DNA of 64,000 nt from Balanoglossus misakiensis (Eukaryota > Animalia > Hemichordata). The notes beneath the pieces were generated by a model. That model was given only the letters and a program-made list of their open reading frames with translations. It was not told where the DNA came from and made no database searches. Both the position numbers and the translations under genes were made by a program. The stretch is from NCBI GenBank assembly GCA_040954595.2, contig CM082589.2, positions 2,926,113 to 2,990,112 of the forward strand, read 5' to 3'. Shown here piece after piece: positions 14,653-26,113 of the stretch. Numbering within the stretch: the stretch's first letter is position 1; every line of letters begins with the position of its first letter.

Positions 14653-17600
14653 TAATAGAATATGATAATCACCAATGCGTCTATTACCACCAGCAGGAAT
14701 GTTTCTTATGTTCTTCTGAAAATCCACTGTTTTCAAAACTGTCTGCTGTTCATATACATGTAATATTGATTGGTTATCATTTTGTAAAATATAGTTAGAC
14801 AGGCGTGTTTTGGTGTCAAACTTGTCCTGTCGTCACGACTTGGTTATTAAACGATCTGTTGATCGAAAGAGGCAGTCATGGTTCATGTGGTTTGTTTTAA
14901 AGATGTTCAGTGTGTCGTTGAAAGTCATGGATCAAAGGCCGGCGAGATTCTTGTCAACTGACTGCGATCTCAGACATCGAATTAAAAGGATTGACGGGCA
15001 TGCGTTGAAATGCTTGTTCCACAGGCGGTAGGGGCAGTGTCATTGAGTGCTTGTTGAATGTTAAAAGCAAGTGAAGTGTTGCTTGTGGCTCTTGTGTCGT
15101 GATCTGATGTGGGGCAGCCCCCCCCCCCCTTCCCGTCCCTCCCTGACAAGTTTCGATGCCTCTTGCATCTGGGAGATAACTGTATCTCGGCTACAGTTCT
15201 GACTGTCGTCTGCGCCTGTCAACTGACACAGTCCAGAGCCTCGTCTTATTGTTTGTGTTTCCACACGGTGGAGGAAGTGCGATTGCCGGGCGTCAGAGCA
15301 TTGAGTGACCCGGGCTGACAGCAGCCAGGCTTCGTCAAGTCTCGGCCCCTCCTCGTCGTACACGTCTCGCTAATAGTGTGGTTGTTTTCTTAAGAAACCA
15401 TATCTAGCCTCCCAAATGACCCTGGCTCGCCATAATGCACGTCGGGCGATGAAATACACATCACAGACAGCGAGAGATGAGAGAGACTTTCACTTGAACC
15501 GAGTTGAAACCTCACGTGTATGCAAAATGCCACAAGAGAACCCGAAATCTCGATTCTGCGCAAGACAATGCCAGTTTCATTCTCACCTGTGAAGCAATAA
15601 CTCATTACAGAATGAAGCTATCTAAAAATCTAATGCATTTCGGTCGAGACACAATTGCACTTGTGCATCACGCAACGGCGAATTTCACAGTATCAAACTT
15701 AAAACGCGCCCAATATGTTACAACGTAAAGGTGCATTCGCTTCCTTGGATAATAATACGGTAGTTAAGATGGCACACTTCGATTTTACGCCAAGTGAAAC
15801 GGAAATATACGAGCTTTCTTCGCCTTGACGTTGCGCGAAATGACGGAGAGCGAGGTAGGCGTCCAGAGCCGCAAAAATAATGAGTTTGGCTCCAGGCGAA
15901 AAACAGCCGCTACCCGTGAACTACATCGATATGCCACGGTGCCTATTGTTCAAGGTTTTTTTTTCTTCAAAACGCGGTTATATGTGTGTGTATATACACA
16001 TTAGTGATGCGTGTTCTGTAGAGAGAGAGAGCGATAACCCTCCTCAGAAGACGATAGCAGCAAGAATGGCGACGGGGATTTTTGTTCCCCGACGAGTGCT
16101 ACCGAAAATAAATACACAAACAAGAGAATGCTTCAACGCTGCTCGAAGGACTGAAATAACACTGTCCAAAGGTGATTCAATTTACACCCCGTGTTCGGTT
16201 CATTTTTCCCAGCACTCTCGCCACTTTAAAACAACATACAGTGTCTGAGCCCGGGCTCACACGTGGTATGTGTAAACGCCGAGATAAGAGAACTCACGAC
16301 ATACACATAGCAGGGACGTGATGACAGGTCCGCGATGACGAATTGTGGGAAATTACGTACTGGTGAGCCGTTATATACCCCTATTGACTTCCACGTATAT
16401 ACCCCGGTCGTTTCCCCGAGATTGATTCAATAAACAGCGTTGTTGAAACAAAACAAAATAAAAGAAGTGGGGGCCAGTATCTCATCTCTGACGATAGTTA
16501 TGGCATATTTAATCCGAAAGGAAGCGCCTGGTATAGTCATTCACTTATGCAGTTAAGTTGAAAAAAAGGGAAATCACAGATCTTAACAATCGATCGTTCT
16601 TTATTGTACCAAACCAAGCACACAGGCTTGTTTTTACAGACTATTTCCATAATAACCCGAAGTGAATACACTTTATTTTAGCGCACGTAGGCTTCCGTCT
16701 CATTCACCGACACCGCGTTAACCAAATCTTTTCAACGCAATTTGCATAATGCCCATCAATATTACTGGTTTAACGCTAATGTTTATTTTAATTACGACAG
16801 GTGTTGAAACCTTCCCACAAATCAAATTAAACATTTTGTTAAGGACGGGCTTCATCGGTATATATCTGTCTGTCGGTTCTGTGCGTGCAGTGATGGATAC
16901 ATCTCCCCGCCGATGGGTTGGTGGTGGATGGTGTGGTTTAAACGTTTGTATGTACCTGTGCATGTTATGAGGGGGGGAGCTATATCGGGATTAACAGTTT
17001 ACGGGGCACCCTGATAAGACACCGTGATAAGCAAAGGACTGGGGGAAAACCAATCCGAATGCGACCACGCATGGTATTGTGAGAAAGAGATAGCCATCTC
17101 TATACATATTCATATATGTAATGCTTCAATTTCGTCAGATCGGGTAGCAGAGAGGAAATTACTGTATCGAGTCTTTTTTTTTAATGTTCCATCGCGAGTT
17201 CGACGTCTTCATTGTTGCCATTGGTTACAAGTAGGCGTATGTTTTGAATCTGGGCGAGCGTTAGTGGCTTCTTCAATCTGATGTTGAGATCAATGGTGTG
17301 GTTGCCGCGTCGGCAAAGCGCCGGCAAATGTGGGCCGTTGAAAGGACCACTGAATCGCTTCATGATGTTCAGCCTTTTTTCTTGTCGGTGCCTCGTGTGT
17401 GCGAAGGACCGGGATTACTCTGAGCTCTCGCCGCCTCTGATAAACACCTAATCCGATCCCTGAAAAACCAATTAATGAGAGAAAATTGGCGGTAACGGAA
17501 TCGATGGAGCACACTGGTTTTACCAACAGTGCATCCGCTGAAAAATGAAACCCGACGAAAAAGAAAAAAACCACACGTGACATCGCCCGATTGATGCTAA

Positions 17601-20600
17601 TTGAGAACGAATTAGAAGGGCCTTGCTGATCTTCCGCCATAGCTTTCGACGCGAACGAGATAATTAAGGCGTTTGTGAGACTTTTTTTTGCCAAAAGAGA
17701 GAAAGACAGAGTGATAAGCCAGAACATGTGTACATGTTTGGTACCAGATACATGGCATCAGTTAAGCCACATCGCGATCAATATACTTGAAAGTGTGCTG
17801 TGAATGCAATCAGGCAGGGAAGCAGTAATTACGCATCGGATACACCGTGTTCTTTCTCACGGCCGACGTGTCTCCTCTTTTTTCCTCCCATAACAGCGTC
17901 AGAACCCCCCCCCCCCTCGTGATTTGTCTGGATAAGTGAACATAATATTGACAAAATATAAAAAATGAAAGCAACCCGTAGACTTTAATCCTTTTAAGCG
18001 TAAAAACATATGCGATTGGAGTAACAGCGGCGGTTTTTTTAAAGAAATATATTGACTTTACGAATTCTTTTTCAAACAGTCAAAAACCAATACAGGTCCG
18101 TTACAAAAAAACAGTCCTTAAGGTGTTCAGGTTCGAGTGAATTCGATAGAACACGGAAATCAAGTGATAAATAAGGTTATTTTTCTGTTGCCCGTTTTTC
18201 GTCAGGAAATATAAGAGTGTTCCTGAATTACCCATAATTCCCTTGCCCTTTTCAGGGTTAGAACGACACTTAACCAGTCCTTTGTTTATTTATCTCGATT
18301 TTTTCTTTAAATATGTCTAAACTGTGCCAATAAAACGAATAGAGTACAAAGCATTGTCTCGTTGAGCAGTAAATATAAACTGTGTTTCCCTCGGATTCAC
18401 ATCCGGGCACTAACAAGTACTGAATCGGTAAAGAGAGTTTAAAATGCAGAACTACATCATTAAAGAAACCGGTGATGATTTCTTTCTTTTTTCTGCTTCG
18501 AATGATAAGTATCAAATGAATGTTAAGACTTTTCGTAACGCGCAGACTGACCGTCATTTGAATTTCTGTCTGTCTGTAGTCTTTTTTGCATTCCCGACGC
18601 TCTTTTCCTTGAAGCGCTCAGTGAGTGCAATATCATTGTCATTAGCTCGGCGGAGAAAATGAAAAGTCCAGACTACACGCCAAAACAGAAGCGGTTAATT
18701 TGGTGAAAAATACATCGATCAGGTGTAAAATCGGACTCAATCTGGAGAACGGGAAATGAATATGGAAGATCTGTGCAGGCGAGGGGCCAGTGTTTGTTCG
18801 TGTCGGCAGACAGCAAAGGGGCGTATTACCCGCGTTTAGAGTTGTCTACTTATTACAGGTTTTGCATAGATGCTGTGATCAGTCGCATGGTTTGAGTTCA
18901 TTTTCGATGTATTAGGTAGTGTTTTAGACCATGCCGCAATATCCTAACCACATTTTAATTAACGTTCGATGCGCCGAATTTCCAGTGTATTAAACATGTT
19001 AGTCGGTCGTCCGTAGCGGTGTGCCTTCCCCCACAAAGGAGTGGGCTGCCGGGGACCTGACCTTTCTCTCTACGGGAGACCGACGAAAAATGCCGAGCCC
19101 AATGCAGCGGAAGAGTCTCTTTCCTCGATTTTTTGATGAAGCCAGGGCCCGTGAGGGATGAATTTGTGGCCCGCGAAAAACATCAGAACGAACCTGTTGA
19201 AAGGGCGACGTCGGTGTTGTTATGCTGACCTCTGACCCAAGACCAATCCTCCCCCACGTTCTTTCCGCTCGCAGTCAGGGCTTTCAAAGGAATCTCCAAA
19301 TCGCCGCCCATCCTTGTACATGTAAACACGATCATAGACTCTCGAAACACCAAATTGAAAACTTTTTGGCGGAAATTACTTCACGGAGCTCTTTTTCTCT
19401 CTCATTGTGCGCTTGTCCCTGTTTTTTGTCTTGGTTATTTATGCCCAGACACTCAAGGAAGAAAATTGCTAATCGATTTGGGGTTGAAGTAATTAATTGC
19501 AAATCGATTACGCGCGTTGAGTCGCTTGAGAAGACTTCACTTTCTCGCTGCATTCATATGAACCGTCTTGTTTAAACCAAACACGAAGTCACTATACAAA
19601 GTGACTCGCTGCAATGCCTTCTCGGTCCAACCCGCACGTGGTATCTGACAGAATCGCCGCTCTCTCAAAAAAAAAACGAACACAGAGTGACCCTTAACGA
19701 TCAAGAGAGTACATCGATAAAGTTGACTCCCCCCCCCCCCCCCCCCCCATATAAAAAATCCCCTTTTCACGGATAACCTAGCGTTTAGCGGCTTAATCCA
19801 CGGGTTACGGCCATTGTCCCTGTTAATCGGGGTTTTTACTCGAATTTTCTGCTTGAGTCTACATTTTCGGGGAGTTTGGGCCTGATGTCATTTCATTTGG
19901 ATTTCTAAGCCCATTAAAGGCAACGGAGAGTGAGATCGTCCCCTCCTTTTGCGGTATCACTCGCCGACAATATCATTCTCTCGCTCAATTGGCCTGAGCT
20001 CTCTGTCGTGGGTATTACAGCTAATGGTGTTATCGCCAAGTGTATTAAAAATATGAATTGAAAATCGGGAAATGGGTCTGTACGCCAAAGTAAGCTGGCG
20101 TATTAAGCCCATATTTCGCCTTACCTCGTATTTGTCAATTCGGCGGGTTTGAACAAAAGACTGGTGGGATAGAAAAGAGAAGTACACACGTGTGACATAA
20201 TCTAAGTTGCTGAAAAAAGGGAGGGCTTTCTTTCCGAAAGCGACAGCCTGAGAATTTGCTTATAGAGAATTCCGCAAAGTTTTTGGGTTGGGGTTGAGTT
20301 ACTCTATACACTTAATAAGTCTGATGTATTAGTTTAAGAAGATTTGATGCATATGTGTTTTTGTAATATCTTGTTGAGGGGTCATTCTCAGGTAGAGACT
20401 GGCGGTTATTTGCTAGAGCAAGCAAAATGTTCTTCGTGCTCTGTAACGTGGTAACCAAGTCACCTAGCATCGCCGAAAAAAATGAAACTTCATTGTCCAC
20501 GGGACCACATTCAAAGTTTACCTTGTTCCTGGTAAATCGCCCTTCTCTAAACGCATGGTGCTACATTGTGTGGCTTTCCCGTCATGCCTCGCCACGGTTA

Positions 20601-21799
20601 CCGGGACAACGGGACTGCCACGCCGGTGATTGCTTCCATGATTGTTTTGCCAGTGACTGTTTCGAATGGCATAGACTACTTAATGCATACAACTATTTTT
20701 TTCACGACTGATCTGCGTTTCCGAGGTGCGCTCATTCAACGCGTTTAACCCGGAGATATTGGGTTTTGTGTGCGCACGCTCAAGTCAGCGTCAGCCCGTG
20801 ACCTCTTACCCCTCCCTTCCCCAGTTGCACGGCCATAGCGACAAAGACGACGGTGAACCCGTTCCGAGCTGTACTTCTTGCAGTAGAGGCACAACTGTAC
20901 TCTATCCCCATTTTCGCCCTTTAATTAAACCTCCTTGCGAGTCAAAAAAAATCGCCAGATGTCGAGAGAAAAATGATATCCAGACTCGTTGCACGCTGAC
21001 CTGGTCGTTCGTGCCAAACAGCCGGCAACAATGGCGTGTGTACCTTGTAGGACGAAGATTTATGACTACGGTGGCCCGAACGTGTCAGATGTTAGGGTAA
21101 TGCTGGTGGAATTTATTGAACTTACGTTTCGCCCCGACACAGTGGCGACTCCAACGCCTCGTGTCTTCAGTTACAGCCATACACGCGCACGTGTCACCCG
21201 ACTGAAGCCTGGATGCACGCTTTACCCAACACGCCACGGGATTTTTTTTTTCGGGACAGGCATTGTTTTCGGGGAATCGAAATGAGTTGTTAAACTGTAG
21301 GTCGCAACATGGCGTATCCTATCCGAGAGTCGACATGATTTATCTGAAAATGTGGTCACCAATACGTCTTCTTCAAATAAAAACAGAGCAGCAGAGATGA
21401 CATGTATAACAAAACACAAAGTCTCGGCGACCTATCTTATATTTGCTTTAATAAATAGTCATCGATCGATTAGGACTGACTGATGAACGTACGACCGTGC
21501 AATACCGTTTCGTTTTGTTATTTCCGATAGTTGTTGTTTGGCTGTCTGTATATATACACTTTTTGTTTGTTTGTTTGTTTGTTTGTGTATGGAATATTTG
21601 TTTGATATTCATTATTTGTTTGTTTCATTCCCTATACCGAGGTGCGTACCAACAATAACCCGACACGTTTCAAGTAGTCACTGTATCCAGTGCCAAACTT
21701 GCACTTGTCAAAAGCCTAAACTTCAAAGGTTTAACAAGGAATGCGTTATTCAAACATCGGTTCCAATTGTTGACGTGTGTAATTATCTTTCGTCAACAG

Positions 21800-21918
21800 G
21801 GCAAAGTCAAAGAATGGTGGCCGACTCCTTCGTGAGAAGTTAGAGAAAATAGGTCTTAGTCTGCCAGCCGGACGTCGAAAGACAGCCACTGTCACCCTGT
21901 TTACGTCACTAGTGGAAG
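21800..21918 (+). CDS. TFAP2: TFAP2/AP-2 internal coding exon (basic DNA-binding region; equivalent to vertebrate TFAP2A exon 5)
   Basis: Acceptor tctttcgtcaacAG|g, donor gaag|GTGAGT; 119 bp. Translates (R)[39 protein letters not shown](G), matching the AP-2 family motif [36 protein letters not shown]. Not in the ORF track. Confidence 0.97.
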
Positions 21919-22070
21919 GTGAGTCAAGCTTGTATTGTTAGGTGTTCGTACCCCCCCCCCCTCTCTCTCTCTCTCTCCCCTCCCCCACCTTCCTGAAAAA
22001 CCGACAGGTGAGTTAAGCTTGCTATTGTCAAGAGTTCGTACTCCCCCTTCCTTTCTTTCTCGCCCCCCCC
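21917..22070 (+). repeat. Diverged ~89-bp tandem duplication containing the splice donor
   Basis: aggtgagtcaagcttg-tattgttaggtgttcgtaccccc (21917) versus aggtgagttaagcttgctattgtcaagagttcgtactccccc (22006); each copy is followed by a pyrimidine tract. Confidence 0.85.
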
Positions 22071-25000
22071 ATCCCTTGATCGTACTTGATTATGAGATAC
22101 ATGTATGAGAAAAAATGTTACAATATAGTTGTCAATTTACTGTAACTGGGCCCTTAATGATTCATGTGGAAATGTATAGATGCGTAAGCGAGTCAGTGAG
22201 TTTTGTGAGTTATTGAGCGAGTCGATGTGCAAGTGGGAAAATGGAGACGACTGCTGGAAACTGCTTGGTGAATGAATACGCGGGGATTGAAATAACGAGG
22301 GAATAAGTATAATGCAGAGAATGGGGGTGAGTGTGTAAGTTAACAAGCTCTCGATTGAATGACGTGTGAAAGAGAAAACATATACACTGCGCGTCTTAGT
22401 AAAACGGTCTGGTTGCATGGTACTCGCACAATATGCGCGAGAGGAGGGCACGCTGGGCAGTTTGAATGTCAAAAAATCCGGGGTGTTATTGACACGTGTC
22501 AGTACACAAACCCGGCCGAGTCATTTCAGGGCATGCCAACCTGTTAGTTTCAAACAGTCTATCTCGCTCTCGATAGCGTGTAATTACGCTTGCAAATAAC
22601 AGCGAGGGACCGCGCCGCCGACATGGCCAATTTTTGTCTCCGTAGCTAGACGGGAGTTTCCCAATTAGGGCAAGTCGACTCGAGAGCGTAACAAAACGGT
22701 GTCCCCGCTGAGAAACGAACAAATGAAATGTACTTGTACAGGCAAATATGTTTAACTGCAGCCGTTGTTCCTGAGGGGGAACGGCTTAATATATGTGGAA
22801 CATAGATTTGTGTGGCACTTATATATTCCAAACAGACGTCCTGTGTACATTTCATAACCGACTCCTGCCGGGTCAAAAGGCATGTGCTCCAAGAACAATA
22901 TGGAAATGACATTTAGAAATAATTTCAACTGAGCGATGCACTGATTTCACCACTGGGTCTATTTCTCGCGATAAACCCAAATTGAATGTGCCAGAGGCGA
23001 AGATCCGTCTTTGATTGATTTCTGCAGCTTAACTTGTTTATTGTGTCTTATCTAATGGAGGAAAAGAGTTAAATCGCCCAATTTTGTCGAGTTTCCACAA
23101 ACCGCGGAAATATTCACGGAAACGTTAGATTTGAATTTCTTAGGTCAGTATTTCCATATATTGGCGGGAGAACAAAAAGAATCGCCACCCGATTTGATTG
23201 CCTGTTATTGTAAGATATGAGAATTGCATTACGTCGCTTCGTTTTATCTGTGGAGTTTAATTATTTCGGGTTAGATTAGCAAAAAGAATTTAAGAGGTTT
23301 TGTCTTGCTTCGGGGTACGACATGTTAAGGTATAATTAAAACTAGTGGCGTGTGGCGGGGGTAATAATTGATATCTAACAGGAGTGAGCGGGCAATATTC
23401 CCAAGCCCGTACCTCGGGCAAAAGACGGTGCTCCCAATGTGTCGACCACTGTCCACTTAACGTCTACGCGGAGAGATAAACATCGGCATGAAAATCACAT
23501 TTTCAATTATAACTTTCTATAGTCCGTTTCCACGCGCCAGAACCACTTCGATAAGCAAGTAGTTAAGGAAATAATTGAATTTCCGCGTTTCCGCTTCTGC
23601 TGGCTTCCAAGTTGTCAATTCCAACGACTTATACGACCGCCTTATCTCAACAACTTCTCTGAAGCAATTAGTGACAAACAATGGGCGGTTACTTTTTTTC
23701 CGAGGATTTGAGTGGCGGATGAGACGCTTAAACCCGTCAATTACGACGGCAGTCATCAAAATCTGGCAATTTAAAGCTGCATTATCAGAATTAAAGTTGG
23801 CCAATTTGCAGGAAAGTCATTAACACCACGTCAATTTGAGCGGAAATCATAAAATCTTATCAATTTCAAATAAGATCACTAAAATACGAGTCGTTTGCAC
23901 ATTCGGATTGTGAGCGCGACAGTTTCATATTTATACGTGTGAAACAAGTCTACAGTGAGACATAAAATGAAAAATCACAGTGTCTCGGTTTTTAAATCGA
24001 CTTGGCGAGGTCATTTATTATTGAAATAATCAGATTTTTAGGATCATATGGAAAAAAACAGAGCTGGCTAGGAGAGAGTCAAGTGGGATCAATTGTACGT
24101 TTGATTCAGACAGATTTAAAGTGAAACGGACAAACCCTGTCAATTCCAAGTGAAATTAACAAGGCATTGTCGTTTTTCGGAGTCCCATCAAGTTTGACTT
24201 GATATACCCTGATTATTGTGGGGAGGGCGTCACAAAATTGCTCTGTAAAATGACATCCCCATTGTCATTTATTTCTGGCACGCACTCGAGGAGAAATGAC
24301 TTGGACGGGGCCAATTTGGTTGCTCGCCACGTCAAAGGACTCGTCGCCTTCGGAGTTTTCTGTTAGCGCTTTGGTACGCGTCGATTTGCAGCGAGCGGAC
24401 ATAGCCAGAGGGGTCATGTTTGTGGACAATCAACAGGGACAGGTATGCTTTCATTACACGCCCCGTCTCATTCCGATAGCTTTGGCGAGCATTGTCTGCC
24501 AGGGCGCGCAGAAAAGAGAACAGTGGGTCGGGCGGCAGGTGTTGTTACATCTCACATGCCTTCCAGTGTTTCTCTGTTTTTGTTGTCGAATTCCGATCTC
24601 TTCGTCCCCGGCGCGACAGTTATGCAGGCACATGGCAATAGAATGCGTGGAAAAAAGAATTGATCAAATTAAGAAAAGAGAGAATGTTTTTTGTTATTTT
24701 CTTCTTTTGACCAGATTCCTTTCCAAGTATAGAGTGAGGCCGCAATCAGTTTTGTTTTCTCTGAAAAAAGTTTCCTTGTAACGAAACAAACACGCTATCA
24801 CAGCGTGTGTGGTACAGTTCTAGGTCTAGACATTTAAAAAAAAAATATGTATCGTGATTTCATTTTTATGTAACTCCGTCACGATATAAGAACGGTCAAA
24901 TATTAATGGCTTTATACGCCTTGAGGAAGTTTGACTTCGGGGTAGCTTTGTCGAATCTAATTTTGACGTTTAGCGAGATTTTGACACAAAGCAGTTCATT

Positions 25001-25671
25001 TCCGTTCTGATCACCTGTACAAGGCGCGGCAAGTGACCTGTCAACAACTCACTGTCAAGTTCATTTTTGGCATTTAACTCAGGAAATTGAAGCATTCACC
25101 ACCTGTTTATGCGTGGAAGCTCCGCCGATGCCGAACACTGTGAGCACGCGCTATTCCGGTGCCCAGACTTACCAAGGAGAAACACTCGATTTTTAATTAG
25201 AACTGTTGGTTTTATTCCGTGTAGATATGACGTTTTTATTGCGCGACTGGAAAGATTTATTCGCATATTGTCCTTTTCGGAGCATGCCCGTCGCCTCACA
25301 GAAAAAAACAGGCACACAAACTGCCCATAGATCTTTTCTAGACAAATAAAACGCCATGATCCAAATCAAAACGAGTGTAGATCACAGTCCGGTGTTATTC
25401 TTTCGAAAGACCAAGGGTCACCTCCTTTTGCGTAGTTTGTCCCGTCAATGTTGGATAAATCGTTTCGGCGAGGGGAAGGTTAAATCGCGAGGGATCGTAA
25501 ATTTTAAAAGTTTCTCGCGACCTGTTTCCGAGTGGTGTTTTTTATATTTATTTTGCACGTGCAGTCCTTACCGTGTGCAGCACTCGGGGCTAGATTTAAC
25601 GCTACACACCTGGGTTGGTCGTTCGAAGTACGTCAATTTGACTCGGCGAACGGCGGAGAAGTCGCCCTTCC

Positions 25672-26113
25672 CCCGAGGGCTCTCAGCAGTCCGCAAGAAA
25701 ATTGTCAGCCCCGGGGCAATCGGAGCACTATGAGTACGAGACCATTGTGTTGCGGTAACCGTCGGGAAAAAAAGTCAGCCGAATGACTTAAATTGTCTGT
25801 GAGTTGGAGACGTGTAGAAATCGTTTAAAGTTTCATTGATGTGCGAGGAAAGCGGGTTACAAAGAGAGTTGTGATGTCGTGCTGTGTGGGCCCGGCCTTC
25901 GGGCATTGTGCAGCAGAAGTGGTCCAAAGACATCGGGCCAATTACTTAATAGGTGCCTCTGTAATTTCTGCCCTGGCAATGGTCTTTTTACATTGCCACT
26001 GACGTGCACAAACACTCCGTTCGCTAATATACCCGATCTTTATCTCCAAAGCCAGCGCACATTTTTACACATCGGAAGATTTGTAAGTTTCTGATGGTTC
26101 TGAGCCCCGGGGC
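25672..26113. promoter_or_regulatory. Cluster of four AP-2-type binding motifs (candidate intronic autoregulatory enhancer)
   Basis: CCCGAGGGC 25672-25680 (reverse complement GCC-N3-GGG), GCCCCGGGGC 25708-25717, GCCTTCGGGC 25895-25904, GCCCCGGGGC 26104-26113. Confidence 0.35.

Larger units (their letters stand above)
1..21799 (+). other. TFAP2: Probable 3' part of a very long TFAP2 intron (upstream exons outside the window)
   Basis: Ends in the acceptor of the 21800 exon. A manual scan found no exon encoding the expected FCSVPGRLSLLSS...SPPECLNASLLGGVLRR in this interval, though it could have been missed. Confidence 0.7.

Noticed and set aside
19575-19640. YKVT-like translation as the missing upstream AP-2 exon
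   Set aside because: Flanking residues do not match SSTSKYKVTVAEVQRRL; chance match.
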